From assembly GCA_951406725.2 (NCBI GenBank), contig OX597820.1, positions 35,712,001-35,776,000 of the forward strand: 64,000 nt of DNA, given 5' to 3'. This stretch comes from Octopus vulgaris. Lineage: Eukaryota. Numbering within the stretch: position 1 is the first letter of the stretch; the number at the start of each line of letters is the position of its first letter. A program made the translations under genes and the position numbers. Positions 23,327-35,265 of this stretch are shown piece after piece. The notes beneath the pieces were generated by a model. That model saw nothing but the letters and a program-made list of their open reading frames with translations. It did no database searches and was not told the DNA's origin.

Positions 23327-24612
23327 CCTTAAATCCTTAAATCCTTAAAAATGTTTTAGCCCGAAGGCCGCGGCCATGCTGGGGCACCACCGCTGAATGA
23401 GCTACACTAGTTTATGAATCCACCTCTGATACGTGGCACTTGATCAACAAGGGAGTTCGATGCTGCTGCCCGCATCCGTGTCTCCTGTCGTGAGGTAGGT
23501 TCATCTGGGACTCCCAACAAGAAGAGATCCAGTTTAGTTTTAAAGAAACCCACATCCACACCATGTAAGTCTCTCAGGCATTTAGGGAGGATGTTAAAGA
23601 GCTGTGGTCCTCTGAAACCCAAGCTGTTGCAGTATCTGGACCTGTATTTTGATGGTGATGTTGGAATCCTTGGCACCACGCAGCGGCGCCCCGTTCTGCG
23701 GTTGGAGTAACTTTGAATGCCAAAGTTTGGGACAAGACCCTCCAGGATTTTCCAGATGTATATCACTGCATATCTCTCCCGCCTCCGCTCCAGGGAGAAG
23801 AGGTTTAATACCTTCAGTCTTTCCCAGTAGCTGACATTTTGCATTGAGACGATTTTCTTTGTGTAGCTTCTCTGAGTTGCTTCGAGTTCTGCTGTTTGTT
23901 TTATATTGTGTGGTGACCAAAGTTGGGAGCAGTAGTCCAAGCGGCTGAGGACGAATGTTTTCCATAGGACCATCAGTGTCTCCTTCTCTCTTGTTCTGAA
24001 AGTTCGGAGAATCCATCCAGCTAGCCGTCTGCATTTTATCACCAGATTAGCAATATGCATTTGGAAAGATGCATCATTGCTCATGTCAATGCCCAGGTCA
24101 CGCACTGATTTTGACTCAGGGATTGCAATTCTTCCTGGGCCAGTGTATCCAGTCTTCACGTCCTTTACCTTTGTGTGCCAGTAGCGCAGGGCCTGGAACT
24201 TACCTGCATTAAACTGCATATTGTTGTCCTCAGCCCACCTGTATATTGTGTCCAGCTCATGTTGCAGATGCGCAATATTTTCAGGGTTTTGTATTGCGTG
24301 GGAGACTTTTGTGTCATCTGCATAGCTAGCAAGGGTGGTCATCGTAGCAACTGAAGGCATGTCTGGAAGGGCCACTATGAACATCAGTGGCCCCAAGACA
24401 GTGCCTTGTGGGACACCGCTTGTTATTTGCGTTTCCTTGGAGGTGGCTCCATTGCTCACAACTGCCTGTTTTCTGTCTTTTAGGAAGTTGTGCAGCCACT
24501 CTCCAAGTTTCCCGCCTATGCCGAGACCACGCAGTTTGTGACAGATCATACCATGGTCGACTTTATCAAAGGCTTTTGCAAAGTCAAGATATATTACATC
24601 CACATTTGAGCC
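23325..24612 (-). mobile_element. 5'-truncated CR1/L2-group LINE (RT C-terminal half open for 398 aa) with (TTAAGGAT)3 tail, inserted in (TA)n
   Basis: ORF 23407-24603(-): YLDFAKAFDKVDH, SGVPQGTVLGP, YADDTK, LDYCSQLWSP, SLERRRER. Tail at 23325-23348; (AT)n at both ends. Confidence 0.92.
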
Positions 24613-24620
24613 ATATATAT

Positions 24621-24931
24621 AATTTTAAAAAGTAGGAGAAAACTTTTCAAATGGAAATGAAAAGTTAAACTATACAAAAACAACTATTTTTTTCCATCAT
24701 AGGCGCAGGTATGGCTGTGTGGTAAGCTGCTTGCTTACCAACCACATGGTTCCGAGTTCAGTCTCACTGCGTGGCACTTTGGGCAAGTGTCTTCTACTAC
24801 TGAACCCGGAACTATGTGGTTGATAAGCAAGCAACTTACCACACAGCCACTCCTGCACCTAAGATGGCAAAAAATTGCATAGTTCCTCTTTTTATTTCCA
24901 TTTGAAAAGTTTTCTCCTACTTTTTTAAATT
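24621..24931. repeat. ~310-bp palindrome made of unique flank plus SINE-A head and its inverted copy
   Basis: aaaaagtaggagaaaacttttcaaatggaaat pairs with atttccatttgaaaagttttctcctactttttt; SINE heads at 24700-24800(+) and 24798-24862(-). Confidence 0.8.
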
Positions 24932-25473
24932 GCAAAGTCTTTGATAAGAACTTCACTGTGATACCATGAACACTTCGAAATTATATTTTCGATCGTATAA
25001 ACCATTTCGAATATCATTTTAGCATGTTTAAAGTGATTTCTTTTGTGCCGTAGACCATTTACCATTTCAGTGGTGTCTCCACCTTCCATTGATGCCGCCC
25101 TAAGTACGAGCTTATTTTGCTTAACGGTTAATCTAGTGCTAGATGCAAGACTCTCTCAAGAGAAATGCTACTGATGTGGCCTGATGTAGATTGGTATTAG
25201 ATTTGTTAGAGGCATTATTGTCAGAAAGAACGTAGCGAGAGGAATATAATTTTCCCCAAGGCCCTTTAAGAAATGCCAATCAACCTCAAAGGGAAGAAAA
25301 GAAAAGTTGGCCTCTGCGTCATTTCAACACAGAGCGAAGAGATTTTGGAAGAAATTCCTCAAAGTATTATACGTTCTAACAATTCTACTTATTTGCCGAA
25401 CTGTTTTAGAAACCGATAAGAAATCAATGAGCACAAGAGAATTCAATGTTAGGCACAAGAAGGTTAGTAGCTG

Positions 25474-25598
25474 TCAAAAATTAGGTTATGTATAGTAATG
25501 CATAGCATTGTGTGTGTATGTGTGTATGTGTGTGTGCGTGATGTAGGTTCGGTAATGCAAACAATAACTTAAAACATAAATATATGTATGTATGCATG

Positions 25599-25645
<47 letters not shown>

Positions 25646-25839
25646 ACACACATGAATTTCTTTCCTTAATAATCGGCAAAAGCTAGAGTAACTCAAGGAC
25701 TGAGAGTTTCTCTTTTTATTTATTTATTTATTTATTTATTTTGTTCTCCCTCCATTTTTCCTCTCTCAGTCCTTTCTTTTGAAAAGTGTAGCCTCGAAAC
25801 GTCAAAGATTGTCTTTGCCTTTTGCTTTCTGTAAATTTG

Positions 25840-25881
<42 letters not shown>

Positions 25882-26075
25882 CAAATTTACAGAAAGCAAA
25901 AGGCAAAGACAATCTTTGACGTTTCGAGGCTACACTTTTCAAAAGAAAGGACTGAGAGAGGAAAAATGGAGGGAGAACAAAATAAATAAATAAATAAATA
26001 AATAAAAAGAGAAACTCTCAGTCCTTGAGTTACTCTAGCTTTTGCCGATTATTAAGGAAAGAAATTCATGTGTGT

Positions 26076-26122
<47 letters not shown>

Positions 26123-26252
26123 CATGCATACATACATATATTTATGTTTTAAGTTATTGTTTGCATTACCGAACCTACATCACGCACACACACATACACA
26201 CATACACACACACACACACAATGCTATGCATTACTATACATAACCTAATTTT

Positions 26253-26255
<3 letters not shown>
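25474..26255. repeat. Near-perfect ~780-bp palindrome centred on (TA)n 25843-25878
   Basis: Near-identical ORFs on opposite strands (25481-25696 - and 26025-26243 +); the arms differ only in (CA)n length as far as I can see. Confidence 0.93.
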
Positions 26256-26317
<62 letters not shown>

Positions 26318-26318
<1 letters not shown>

Positions 26319-26440
26319 TTCCGGGTTCAGTTCTACTGCGTGACACCTTGGGCAAGTGTCTTCTACTATAGCCTCGAGCCGACCAAAGTGAGTGGATTTG
26401 GTAGACGGAAACTGAAAAGAGCCTGTCGTATATATACATA

Positions 26441-26471
<31 letters not shown>

Positions 26472-26682
26472 GTGTGTTCCCCACTACCACCACCATCGCT
26501 TGACAACCGATGTAGGTGTGCTTACGTTCCTGTCACTTAGCGGTTCGGAAAAAGAGACGGATAGAATAAGTACTAAGCTTACAAAGAATAAGTCCTCTGG
26601 TCGATTTGTTCGACCAAAGACGGTGCTCCAGCATGGCCGCAGTCAAGTGACTGAAACAAATAAAAGAAAAAAGAATAAAAGA
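26318..26682 (+). mobile_element. SINE family A (5'-truncated)
   Basis: ggttccgggttcagt ... ggtgctccagcatggccgcagtcaagtgactgaaac. Confidence 0.85.
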
Positions 26683-26849
26683 ACATATATATATATATAT
26701 ATATATATACAAGAGTTAAAGAATGATGTAGATAAAATCCGGGCTACATATGTTTTATAGCAAGTGGAGCCTCGGAAGTGGTAATTATCCAAGCGATGTG
26801 TATACCGCAGTAGGGCAGGTTTATTTTCCACACTTTTGTAGTTAATGAC

Positions 26850-28975
26850 TATGGACTAATTGAGATAGTGAGGGTTTAATATGATAATAGCTGACAAAAA
26901 ATCCATCTCCCTAGCTTTAGCCGGTTTTTTTTTTTTTTTTCTTGAGGAGACTGTTTCAAGAAATTTCAAAATACTGCAAATTAAAAACACTGCATTTTCA
27001 CTATTTTCGCTCGAAAAAAAAACATATTATTGTCATTTAAAAATTTCACAAAAAGATGCGTCTTTATTGAAACGAGTAAAAACATGCACAAACTCTATAG
27101 AGTCAAATAAGACAAACTTAGATACCAAAATCATCATAATTCCGCTGTAAGAGCCCTTAGAAGTAAAGGATGGCCTCATACGTCGGCTTAGGGCTTTGAC
27201 TAGGATATGTTTGTGTCTTGATTCGAGTCCATAAGCAATATGGGAAGCTTCAGATGTCAGCTTTACTGCCCTTTCAACACTCTGAGAATGTGAAAACAAA
27301 TCAGGCAGCTCCAGCTTGTTGCCATTCAGTAATGCTTCTTGAAGTTCCTGGTCAGAAAACTCTTTTGCGAGAACTGGTTCGCAGATCCCATATTGAGAAA
27401 GGTTGACTAATGCTGATCAGTGTGTGGCGTCGATGTTGATGTATGTGATCATCTTCGGCCTCTTCTTGGCTGGCTTCCCACTTCTGCAAGAATAATAAAA
27501 AATTTAGCTTTTATTTCTCTATAAAATTAGAGCTCACGTGGCCGAGTGGATAAAGCGCTGGATTTCCATGCCTTGGTCTAGGGTTCGATCCCCAACGAGA
27601 GTGGACGCAAAATAAATATTTCGTCCGACGGGCGGGGCACCGAGACTTGCCCATGCGCAAGGTGCTCTGTACTCAACACACAGAACATAACAGTATTATT
27701 TTCCTTCTCTTATCTGTCTTCACACTCATAACACATTAAGCTACCATCTCTCGGAGCCCACATAAGGGGTTTTAATACAGTACCCCACCCATCGCAGACG
27801 GATAGCGCTACCTTGGGCTGTAGAAGGGCTCCCTTAGTTGGTAGCAAAAACTTATTTATGCGATTTCTCCTGCCCCTTCCACCTTAGGTTAAGTAAAAGC
27901 TTGATAGCTCCTTAAGGGTGAGAAGTGGCTTAAACCCTTAACCTAACCTAACCTCACTTTAAAATTTAATCCCGATTAGTGTCAAAATTTCTTATTTTGA
28001 ATTAAACTTTAATAATAATAACAGTTCGATAAATCCCCATAATCAAATATTTTTACATTTTAAAATTTATAGATTCTTACCTGATGGAGATAATTTTCTT
28101 GGGAGCAGCTTCTCTCACTTCCAAGTCATCAGACTTCATCATCGATTATAGCACATTCTCGGGCAATAAGACAAACGCATTGTACTCCAGGTGCCTGAAA
28201 GCAACATCTTGGATTTCTTGAGACTGCTGCCTGATCATCTTTATGATGTTGAAGATGTACAGCTGCTGATTGTGGAATTTGCTGTCCCTTTTGATCTCAA
28301 ACCAACTGATTGCATACACTTCGACAATGAATTTAATGGCTAAGTAAAGCTTATCATGCATGCTTTAATGGACCAATTTTCCAGGCAGCAAACCTTGGGT
28401 TGATATTATCCCTGGAAATTCCTAACACATACTCTAAAACCTCTGATCACAACTGAGATCATCCGGTGTCACCTCATCAAGTTCCATGTCATCCAGGGGA
28501 CCACTGAGTTTGGTGCATTCCACTTGCAGCTGATCTTGGTAATCAATTTCAGAGTTTTCCCAGGAGACCACTGATAGTAGTAGGAGATTTGGTACTGCCA
28601 TCAAGATGTTTAAAAACAGCTCCAAAAGGAAGCTCATTCTGATGGAGTGAACAACCAATTGTGTGCAATTTCCGTTGAATTTTATTTTCTAAACATGTTA
28701 CAAGGCCTTCCTCCCAGCCAGTGTTTGTGTTTGTGTTGTCAAGGAGGACAGCCTTCAAGGTATGAACACTGTTAAACTCTACCAAGACACTAACAATTTC
28801 ATCACTAAGTAGAACACCAGTCGCACCTTTAATCGGGATAACTCAGTAAGATATGTTCCACTTTCAGTTCCCAGTATTTTTGTGAAAATCAAATGGCACT
28901 CATGATCCCTTCCTTTCTTCAGCTTCATCTTTCTATTTTCATCCTTAACCATCAACTGTTTCAAGAACCCTGAAA
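26850..28975 (-). mobile_element. Decayed hATm-type transposase gene with a GT-AG intron (27484-28080)
   Basis: Motifs DNTNTNTGW..G..LE, GCSLHQNELPF (CxxH), AF.LLPENVL and HSQSVERAVKLTSEAS. Splicing cag|gtaag...ttgcag|a joins KKIISI-R-SGKPAKK in frame. Confidence 0.8.
27531..27606 (+). mobile_element. tRNA-like Pol III head (SINE or tRNA pseudogene) inside the hATm intron
   Basis: A box tggccgagtgg, B box ggttcgatccc; differs from SINE families A-C. Acceptor stem is imperfect. Confidence 0.6.
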
Positions 28976-28979
28976 AGTA

Positions 28980-29990
28980 TTAAAGAAGCTGGAAATTATT
29001 CAAGCCGCAATCGCTTAGAAAGACCATGAATAACAACACCTCAAACTGGTCGTTTTATTTACCGCTATGCAAGAGCAAATTCTTTCTCCTCTACTAGTGA
29101 GATACAAGCACAGTTATAGATAATAAAGCCCCAAGTTTATCAAGAAGTAAAGATCGTTTGTGAAAAGTTTTTAAGCTCAGAGCATACAAACCAGAAAAAA
29201 AACCTCGGTCGCACAAGAAAAATACTCAATATCGATTTAAATTTCGCAAAAGATCTGAGCGTTAAATACCAATTAAATGGAGCAAAGTAATATTTACTGA
29301 TGAAACATTAATTTCTCAGAACCGTAGTTATCAACCTCAAGTAAGAATACCAAAAGGTGAGCGCCTGAATGAAAGGTGTACATCAAAAATTGTTCGTTCT
29401 GCACCTACAGTTATGATTTGGGGGTCTATTTCAGCCCAGGGCGAGTGTGGGTTACATTTTGTGCACAGAGTAGCAACATTGAAAGCAAAAGATTATCAAG
29501 AAATTTTAAAGGAAAAAGTGCCAAGATTTATGGTAACCAGAAATTGCTAAATCATGCAACAAAATGGTGCTTAAATTCACTCAGCAATATTGGTTAAAGA
29601 ATGGTTTTGAAAAACAGCATTCATAGTTACTACAGAGTTGGCCAGGAAACTTTACCAATTTAAAATTTAAATTGCGCTGAACATTGTTAGAGTCTACTTA
29701 AGAAAAAGCTTCAACAAAAGTAGCCATCAAATTGCCAAGAAATGATGGATGAGTTAAAGAAAATAAGAGTGACTGAAATAACACCAGGATATTGCCAGAA
29801 GCTGGTCGAATCCATGTCTATGAGAATAAAAGCATATCGGAAAGCGAATGTGTCATATACTAAATATTAATTTATTTATTATTTATTGCTAATCTTTTTA
29901 CTTGAGATATTCATTTTAATACGATAAAGTCTTATTTCATGGATTAAAAAAAAAAACTTCTTGCAGTTTCTAAACTCTCTGGCAAGACTA
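28980..29990 (+). mobile_element. Decayed Tc1 transposon (3' part)
   Basis: Frames give WSKVIFTDET, VMIWGSIS, WPGN, LVESMS.RIKA and TKY*. Terminus aaactctctggcaagact+TA. Confidence 0.8.
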
Positions 29991-30025
29991 TATATAGTAC
30001 ACATATGTATGTATGTATGTATGTG

Positions 30026-30069
<44 letters not shown>

Positions 30070-30124
30070 AACATACACACACATACACACGTACTGACAT
30101 ACATATCATTTTACACTTTTACAC

Positions 30125-30888
30125 TTGTACTTGTTTCAGTCATTTTGACTGTGGCCATGCTGGAGCTCCGCCTTTTAGTCGAAGAAGTCGACCTCTGGAC
30201 TATTCTTTTGTAAGCCTGGTACTTATTCTATCGGTTCCTTTTGCCGAACCGCTAGTTTACGAGGACATAAGCACACCGACATCTGTCGTCAAGCGATGGT
30301 GGGGGTGACAAACACAGACACTAACACACAAAGGAATGGCTGTGAGGTAAGTAGCTTGCTTACTAACCACATGGTTCTGGGTTCAGTCCCACTGCGTGAC
30401 ATCTTGGGCAAGTATCTCTACTATAGCCTCGGGCTGACCAAAGGCTTGAGAGTGGATTTGGTAGACAGAAACTGAAAGAAGCCTGTCGTATATACGTATG
30501 TGTGTATGTGTATGTTTGTGCGTCTGTGTTTGTCCCCCACCCGACATTGCTTGATAACCGATGCTGGTGTGTTTATGTCCCCGTAACTTAGAAGTTTGGC
30601 AAAAGAGACTGATAGAATAATATGCTTACAAAGAATATGTCCCGGGGGTCGACTTGCTCGACTAAAGGCGGTGCTCCAGCATGGCCAGAGTCACATGACT
30701 AACACAAGTAAAAGAGAATATATATATATATAGGCTTATTTCAATTTCCATCTACCAAATTCACTCACAAACCTTTGGTCGGCCCGTGGCTATAGTAGAA
30801 GATGGCAAGGTGCCACGCAAGAGAACTAAACCCGGAAACATGTGGTTGGGAAGCAAGCTTCTCACCACACAGCGACGCCTGCGCCTAT
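30125..30888 (-). mobile_element. SINE-A (minus) interrupted at its internal microsatellite by a plus-strand SINE-A (30331-30720)
   Basis: Minus tail at 30125-30325, complete plus copy at 30331-30720, minus head at 30732-30888. Confidence 0.8.
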
Positions 30889-30908
30889 ATTTATACATAT
30901 ATATATAT

Positions 30909-31092
30909 GGCCAGATTGGTGCAATCTCAAGAATAATCAGCCGAAATTGCGAGGATAATCTGGTGCTTCACTGAGGAAAGAAAACTTCGAATGACTCGTT
31001 GTTGTGTTCTTTGTATCGTCTATCTGGGTGTTTTTTTGTCCCTTTTTGTATCACCTAGCTGTCTGGATGTTTTGCGTTCTTGTCCCATTTTG

Positions 31093-31095
<3 letters not shown>
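30909..31095 (+). mobile_element. (TA)n-anchored short repeat, same family as 11712-11845
   Basis: Shared sequence blocks; flanked by (TA)n. Confidence 0.55.
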
Positions 31096-31152
<57 letters not shown>

Positions 31153-31324
31153 ACGATATTAATAATGATTATTACGAAGTAGCTTAGCATTACCTTCAAT
31201 TCTTTTACAACTTTACATAGGCCAACATATATTTCAACTGCACTGATTAGTATCCGTTGCAATTGCAACCCTGCTGTAATACCAGGGCAGTTTCTTCAGG
31301 GTCTTTACTTAATATCCTTCGATT

Positions 31325-31658
31325 TGGCGCATGGCTCAGTGGTTAGAGCGTCGAGCTTACGATCATGAGGTTGTGAGCTCGAATCCCGGACCGGGCTGCG
31401 TGTTGTGTTCTTGAGCAAGGCACTTTATTTCACGTTGCTCCAGTTCACTCAGCTGTAGAAATGAGTTGCGACGTCACTGGTGCCAAGCTGTATCGACCTT
31501 TGTCTTTCCCTTGGATAACACTGGTGGCGTGGAGAGGGAAGGCTGGTATGCATGGGCGACTGCTGGTCCTCCATAAACAACCTTGCCCGGACTTGTGTCT
31601 AGGAGGGTAACTTTCTAGGTGCAATCCCATGGTCATTCATGACCGAAGGGGGTCTTTT
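31325..31658 (+). mobile_element. tRNA-derived SINE family C variant
   Basis: ggcgcatggctcagtggttagagcg.. head; homologous along its length to 39706-40038. Confidence 0.85.
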
Positions 31659-32138
31659 AACTGCTTAAAGATCTTCGTTTATCTACTCTGTGTTGTATGA
31701 TGTAGAGTTGTCTGTTAAGTTAAATGCGAACAATCTCCATTTCAAGTTTTGATTGGATAATCAGTTATAGTCTACTATTTCAAACCATTTTGTTGTTTAT
31801 ATTTAGCAAATGTGAAGTTTCTCAAGTAAACGTATCTCAGAGCTATAAATATATGTGTGTGTGTATGTGTGTGTGTATGTGTGTGTGTGTTTGTTTGTGT
31901 GTGCGTGTGTGTTTGTGTGTGTGTGCGTGTGTGCGTGTGTGTGTGTGCGCGTGTGTGTGCGTGTGTGTGTGTCCGTAACTTAGCTGTTCGGCAAAAGAGA
32001 ATAAGTACCAGACTTTAAAAAAGAAAGTGAAAGTACTGGTGTCGAGTCATTCGACTAAAAATTCTTCAAGGCCGTAGTCTAATGACTGAAGCCAGTAAAA
32101 GATAGATGATGAAAGATATATATGTATACGTGTATGTG

Positions 32139-32204
<66 letters not shown>

Positions 32205-32446
32205 AAATTGTGAACAGATACATTTAATTAATAATCAAATGCCAACATTGTCTGATTTCACGTTTTCACTTTTGTATCTCCACATTATTACAAAGTACTT
32301 TATGAAATGCATGAACTGTTTAATAATGCAACGACAGAAATTTATCTGAAGATTTGTTTTAAAGCATGACAGCATTTGTAAGGTTGTCAATTGTAAATAT
32401 ACAAAAGCAAGCAATAAAAATCAGACTATGTTAGAATTTGATTAAT

Positions 32447-32536
<90 letters not shown>

Positions 32537-32699
32537 GACTAGAATGAAACAGTTGAGATAAAGTGTTTTTTGTGTTACATCTTTTATTGTCGCTGTTTTT
32601 CTTTGTATCGATGTAAAACCAACCTTTTGTGCAGTCCTCAGTGTCTTGGGCCCCTGTGGCAAATAAAGCAAATCATTATTGTTGTTGTTTTCGTTGTCA

Positions 32700-33664
32700 G
32701 ACGCTCACTGCTCTCTACCAGTCGGGTAACACGCTTAGTGGAAGTTCTGCGGGAGTAATATGTAGAAATCTAGTTGTAGCTAAGAGCGGTGATGTTCTCG
32801 GGGAAACTCTAGGTGTCGACGTGGATGAAATTGCTGGTCCGGCACCACCATGAAATTGGTGGTCCGGTACCACCATAGATAACTTCCAGAAATCCTTTGG
32901 TTGGCAGTGCAACCGAGGAGCATTGCCAGTTCAAGATAAACTCTACAAGAACAGAAGCGCTGCCAAGCGGAGCCGTCCGAGATGCGCGCAGAGCGGCGAA
33001 GCTGATTTGCATGCACAGGTGCCGTATCCGAGCATTGCTGACTTGTGGAGTTATGTCGAGCAGCTGTTATCACGTGTGGACTGAAACCGACTATCAATCA
33101 AATCCATCGTGAGTATCACCCCATTATCCACCTTTAGTAAGGGATGGCAAACGGCGTTCCTCTTTCTAGTGGCTATGGTGTAAGAGGTCGCTTGGTGAAT
33201 GAAGCTGAAAGGTTTGAAGAAAGAAACCTTCCACTTCGGCCAAGCTCTCATCGACCTTTTTCTAAGTCCCACTCGGAAAAGAAGGTGCGGGTGGAGAGGA
33301 AAGTGCAACATACTTCCCAATGAATTTGCGAAAATATGAGTGATTGTGGCAAAAATGGTTAGAACAAATAGCCCTGCTCTAAATATACGCCTGTAGATTG
33401 GAGAGCTCAAGAAAGGGCTCGTACCTTTGGTGGTCAGAGTAATCCTAGATCTGTTGCGCTCCTTGATTGGCACAAGGTGGGGTTTCTCCTGCATCAGAAG
33501 GACTGTGTAAATGTTATCACATACTTTGTATACTATGTATACTTTTATCGTATTTCAGTCTTTTCCATTTCGTTCTTCCCAATCTTCATGTAAATCTCCA
33601 CAAAATTCGCTGTCTGTCAGTGTGATGCCCCCACTCATCTATGCCCCTGTGGTTAATTAAAGAA

Positions 33665-33665
<1 letters not shown>
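32700..33665 (+). mobile_element. Decayed Tx1/L1-clade LINE 3' end (zf-RVT region plus 3' UTR) ending in (ATT)n
   Basis: Frame reads DNFQKSFGWQCNRGALPVQDKL..PRCAQSGE..LHA..PSIADLWSYVEQLL..FLFLVAM..LKGL, homologous to 44221-44440(-). 3' end gcccctgtggttaattaaagaaa. A further Tx1 3' end lies at 32570-32675. Confidence 0.72.
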
Positions 33666-33704
<39 letters not shown>

Positions 33705-33705
<1 letters not shown>

Positions 33706-34082
33706 TCAGTAGTCTTATTTTTATCACGTGCTTTCCCTGCACTACTGAGCGCAGCTCTGCGTGCCTTGGGTATGTGCTTTTTTTTTTGTGTGATGCTCTT
33801 ATTTTTACTGTATTGAAAGTGTTTTACGTAGGATGTGTGCGATGCCTAGTAGTGCTTTTTTCTGTGTTACATACACTTGTTAGTCCTGGTGTTTTAGATA
33901 TATATTTATCTGAATGCGTTTTTTTTTATCATACGTAATGCATCCACTATGATAGGAATTATTTCTGTTTTTAGACTCTACATTCGAATTACCTCTATTT
34001 CCAGGTCTTGGTATTTTGAAAGTTTCTCCATTTCTTTTATAGAAACATTGTCATCTGATGATAATGATACATCGATTAGAAA
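33705..34082 (-). mobile_element. R4/Dong-clade LINE 3' fragment (restriction-like endonuclease) between (TAA)n tracts
   Basis: Minus frame IDVSLSSDDNVSIKEMEKLSKYQDLEIEVIRM..IPIIVDAL..KALLGIAHILRKTL*. (AAT)n tail at 33665-33704. Confidence 0.8.
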
Positions 34083-34998
34083 AGTTATTATTATGTTCAT
34101 TATTATTCTAAAGTAAACTTTTCCTCTTTAATTCACAATCTTTCTGTCTAATGTACCGCAAGTAATTCCTAAAGCCACGAAAACGCCGAAAATAGCGTCT
34201 ATTTAATAGAAACACGTAAACCAATTGATCTTACTTCCCCAAGGCTAATTTAAATAAGAAATTTTCTCTCAAACTGAAGCACTCAGGTGTGATATTTAAA
34301 TCAATATTAAGGAACTTAACCTTTTCATGGATAGTTTCATTGACGATGACGGCTACGGTGGCTTCAGTCATATCTTTTACTGAAGGGGGTTAATAAAACT
34401 GAAACATACTTGTTACTTTCACAACCTCACTTTAAAGACCAGACCCACTTCACTCAGCATTCAGATAGTTCACAAATTTACATCATTTGATCGTATTAAA
34501 GTTATCTACGTTGCTTGCTTTAGAATTTTAGAATTGTTTTAGAATTTTTTCAACATCTCATGTGGCATTTTGTATTCGCTAATTGCTTCGATAATCTTTA
34601 ATTGATACATAAAACTATAAGTACATATATACGTACGTACACACACATACTCACACACATACACACACACACATACTCACACACACACACATACACCCGT
34701 ATGCATGATTCAGATAAAATCATGTACTTGAAAAGATATGCACAGGTAGGGTTGAATAGACCTGCAGTTCCGGCCTATGGTTGTTAAGTGTCAAATAGGA
34801 TATTCCGGTTGCGTACACAGAGAAAACCAACCATGTGAGTATTTGGTGCCTAGGGGCTGGTCTAAAGCACATGTTACGTTGAATTGAACGTTATTGCTAT
34901 ACTCTAGGGTGCCCAACAAGTCATAAATCCCCTTAGTGTATTATAATTAAATGAATAATAACAGACAATAATTAGCTATCATCTATTATTATTCATTT

Positions 34999-35062
<64 letters not shown>

Positions 35063-35197
35063 GTATATTTAAACACAAAGAAGCGAGCCATAACAGGTTG
35101 CCTGACATACTAGAAAGAACAGTCAAAAAGTCCAAAACAACTGTTAAGAGCAATTTCGAAAGGAATGAAAAATAAAAACATTTACCATGTTTTACAG

Positions 35198-35265
35198 CCG
35201 GACCTCAGATTTCGAACTTTAATTAGCAAATAAAATAATTTGCAAGGCGAAGTTCTCATCAGCGG
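35198..35265 (-). ncRNA. Type-I hammerhead ribozyme motif, canonical core
   Basis: Minus strand CCG-CTGATGA-GAACTT..GCAAAT(tatttt)ATTTGC..AAGTTC-GAAA-TCTGAGG-TC-CGG; GUC triplet. Confidence 0.75.

Noticed and set aside
27531-27606. Functional tRNA gene
   Set aside because: A/B boxes are present but the acceptor and anticodon stems are imperfect and no terminator follows; more likely a SINE head.
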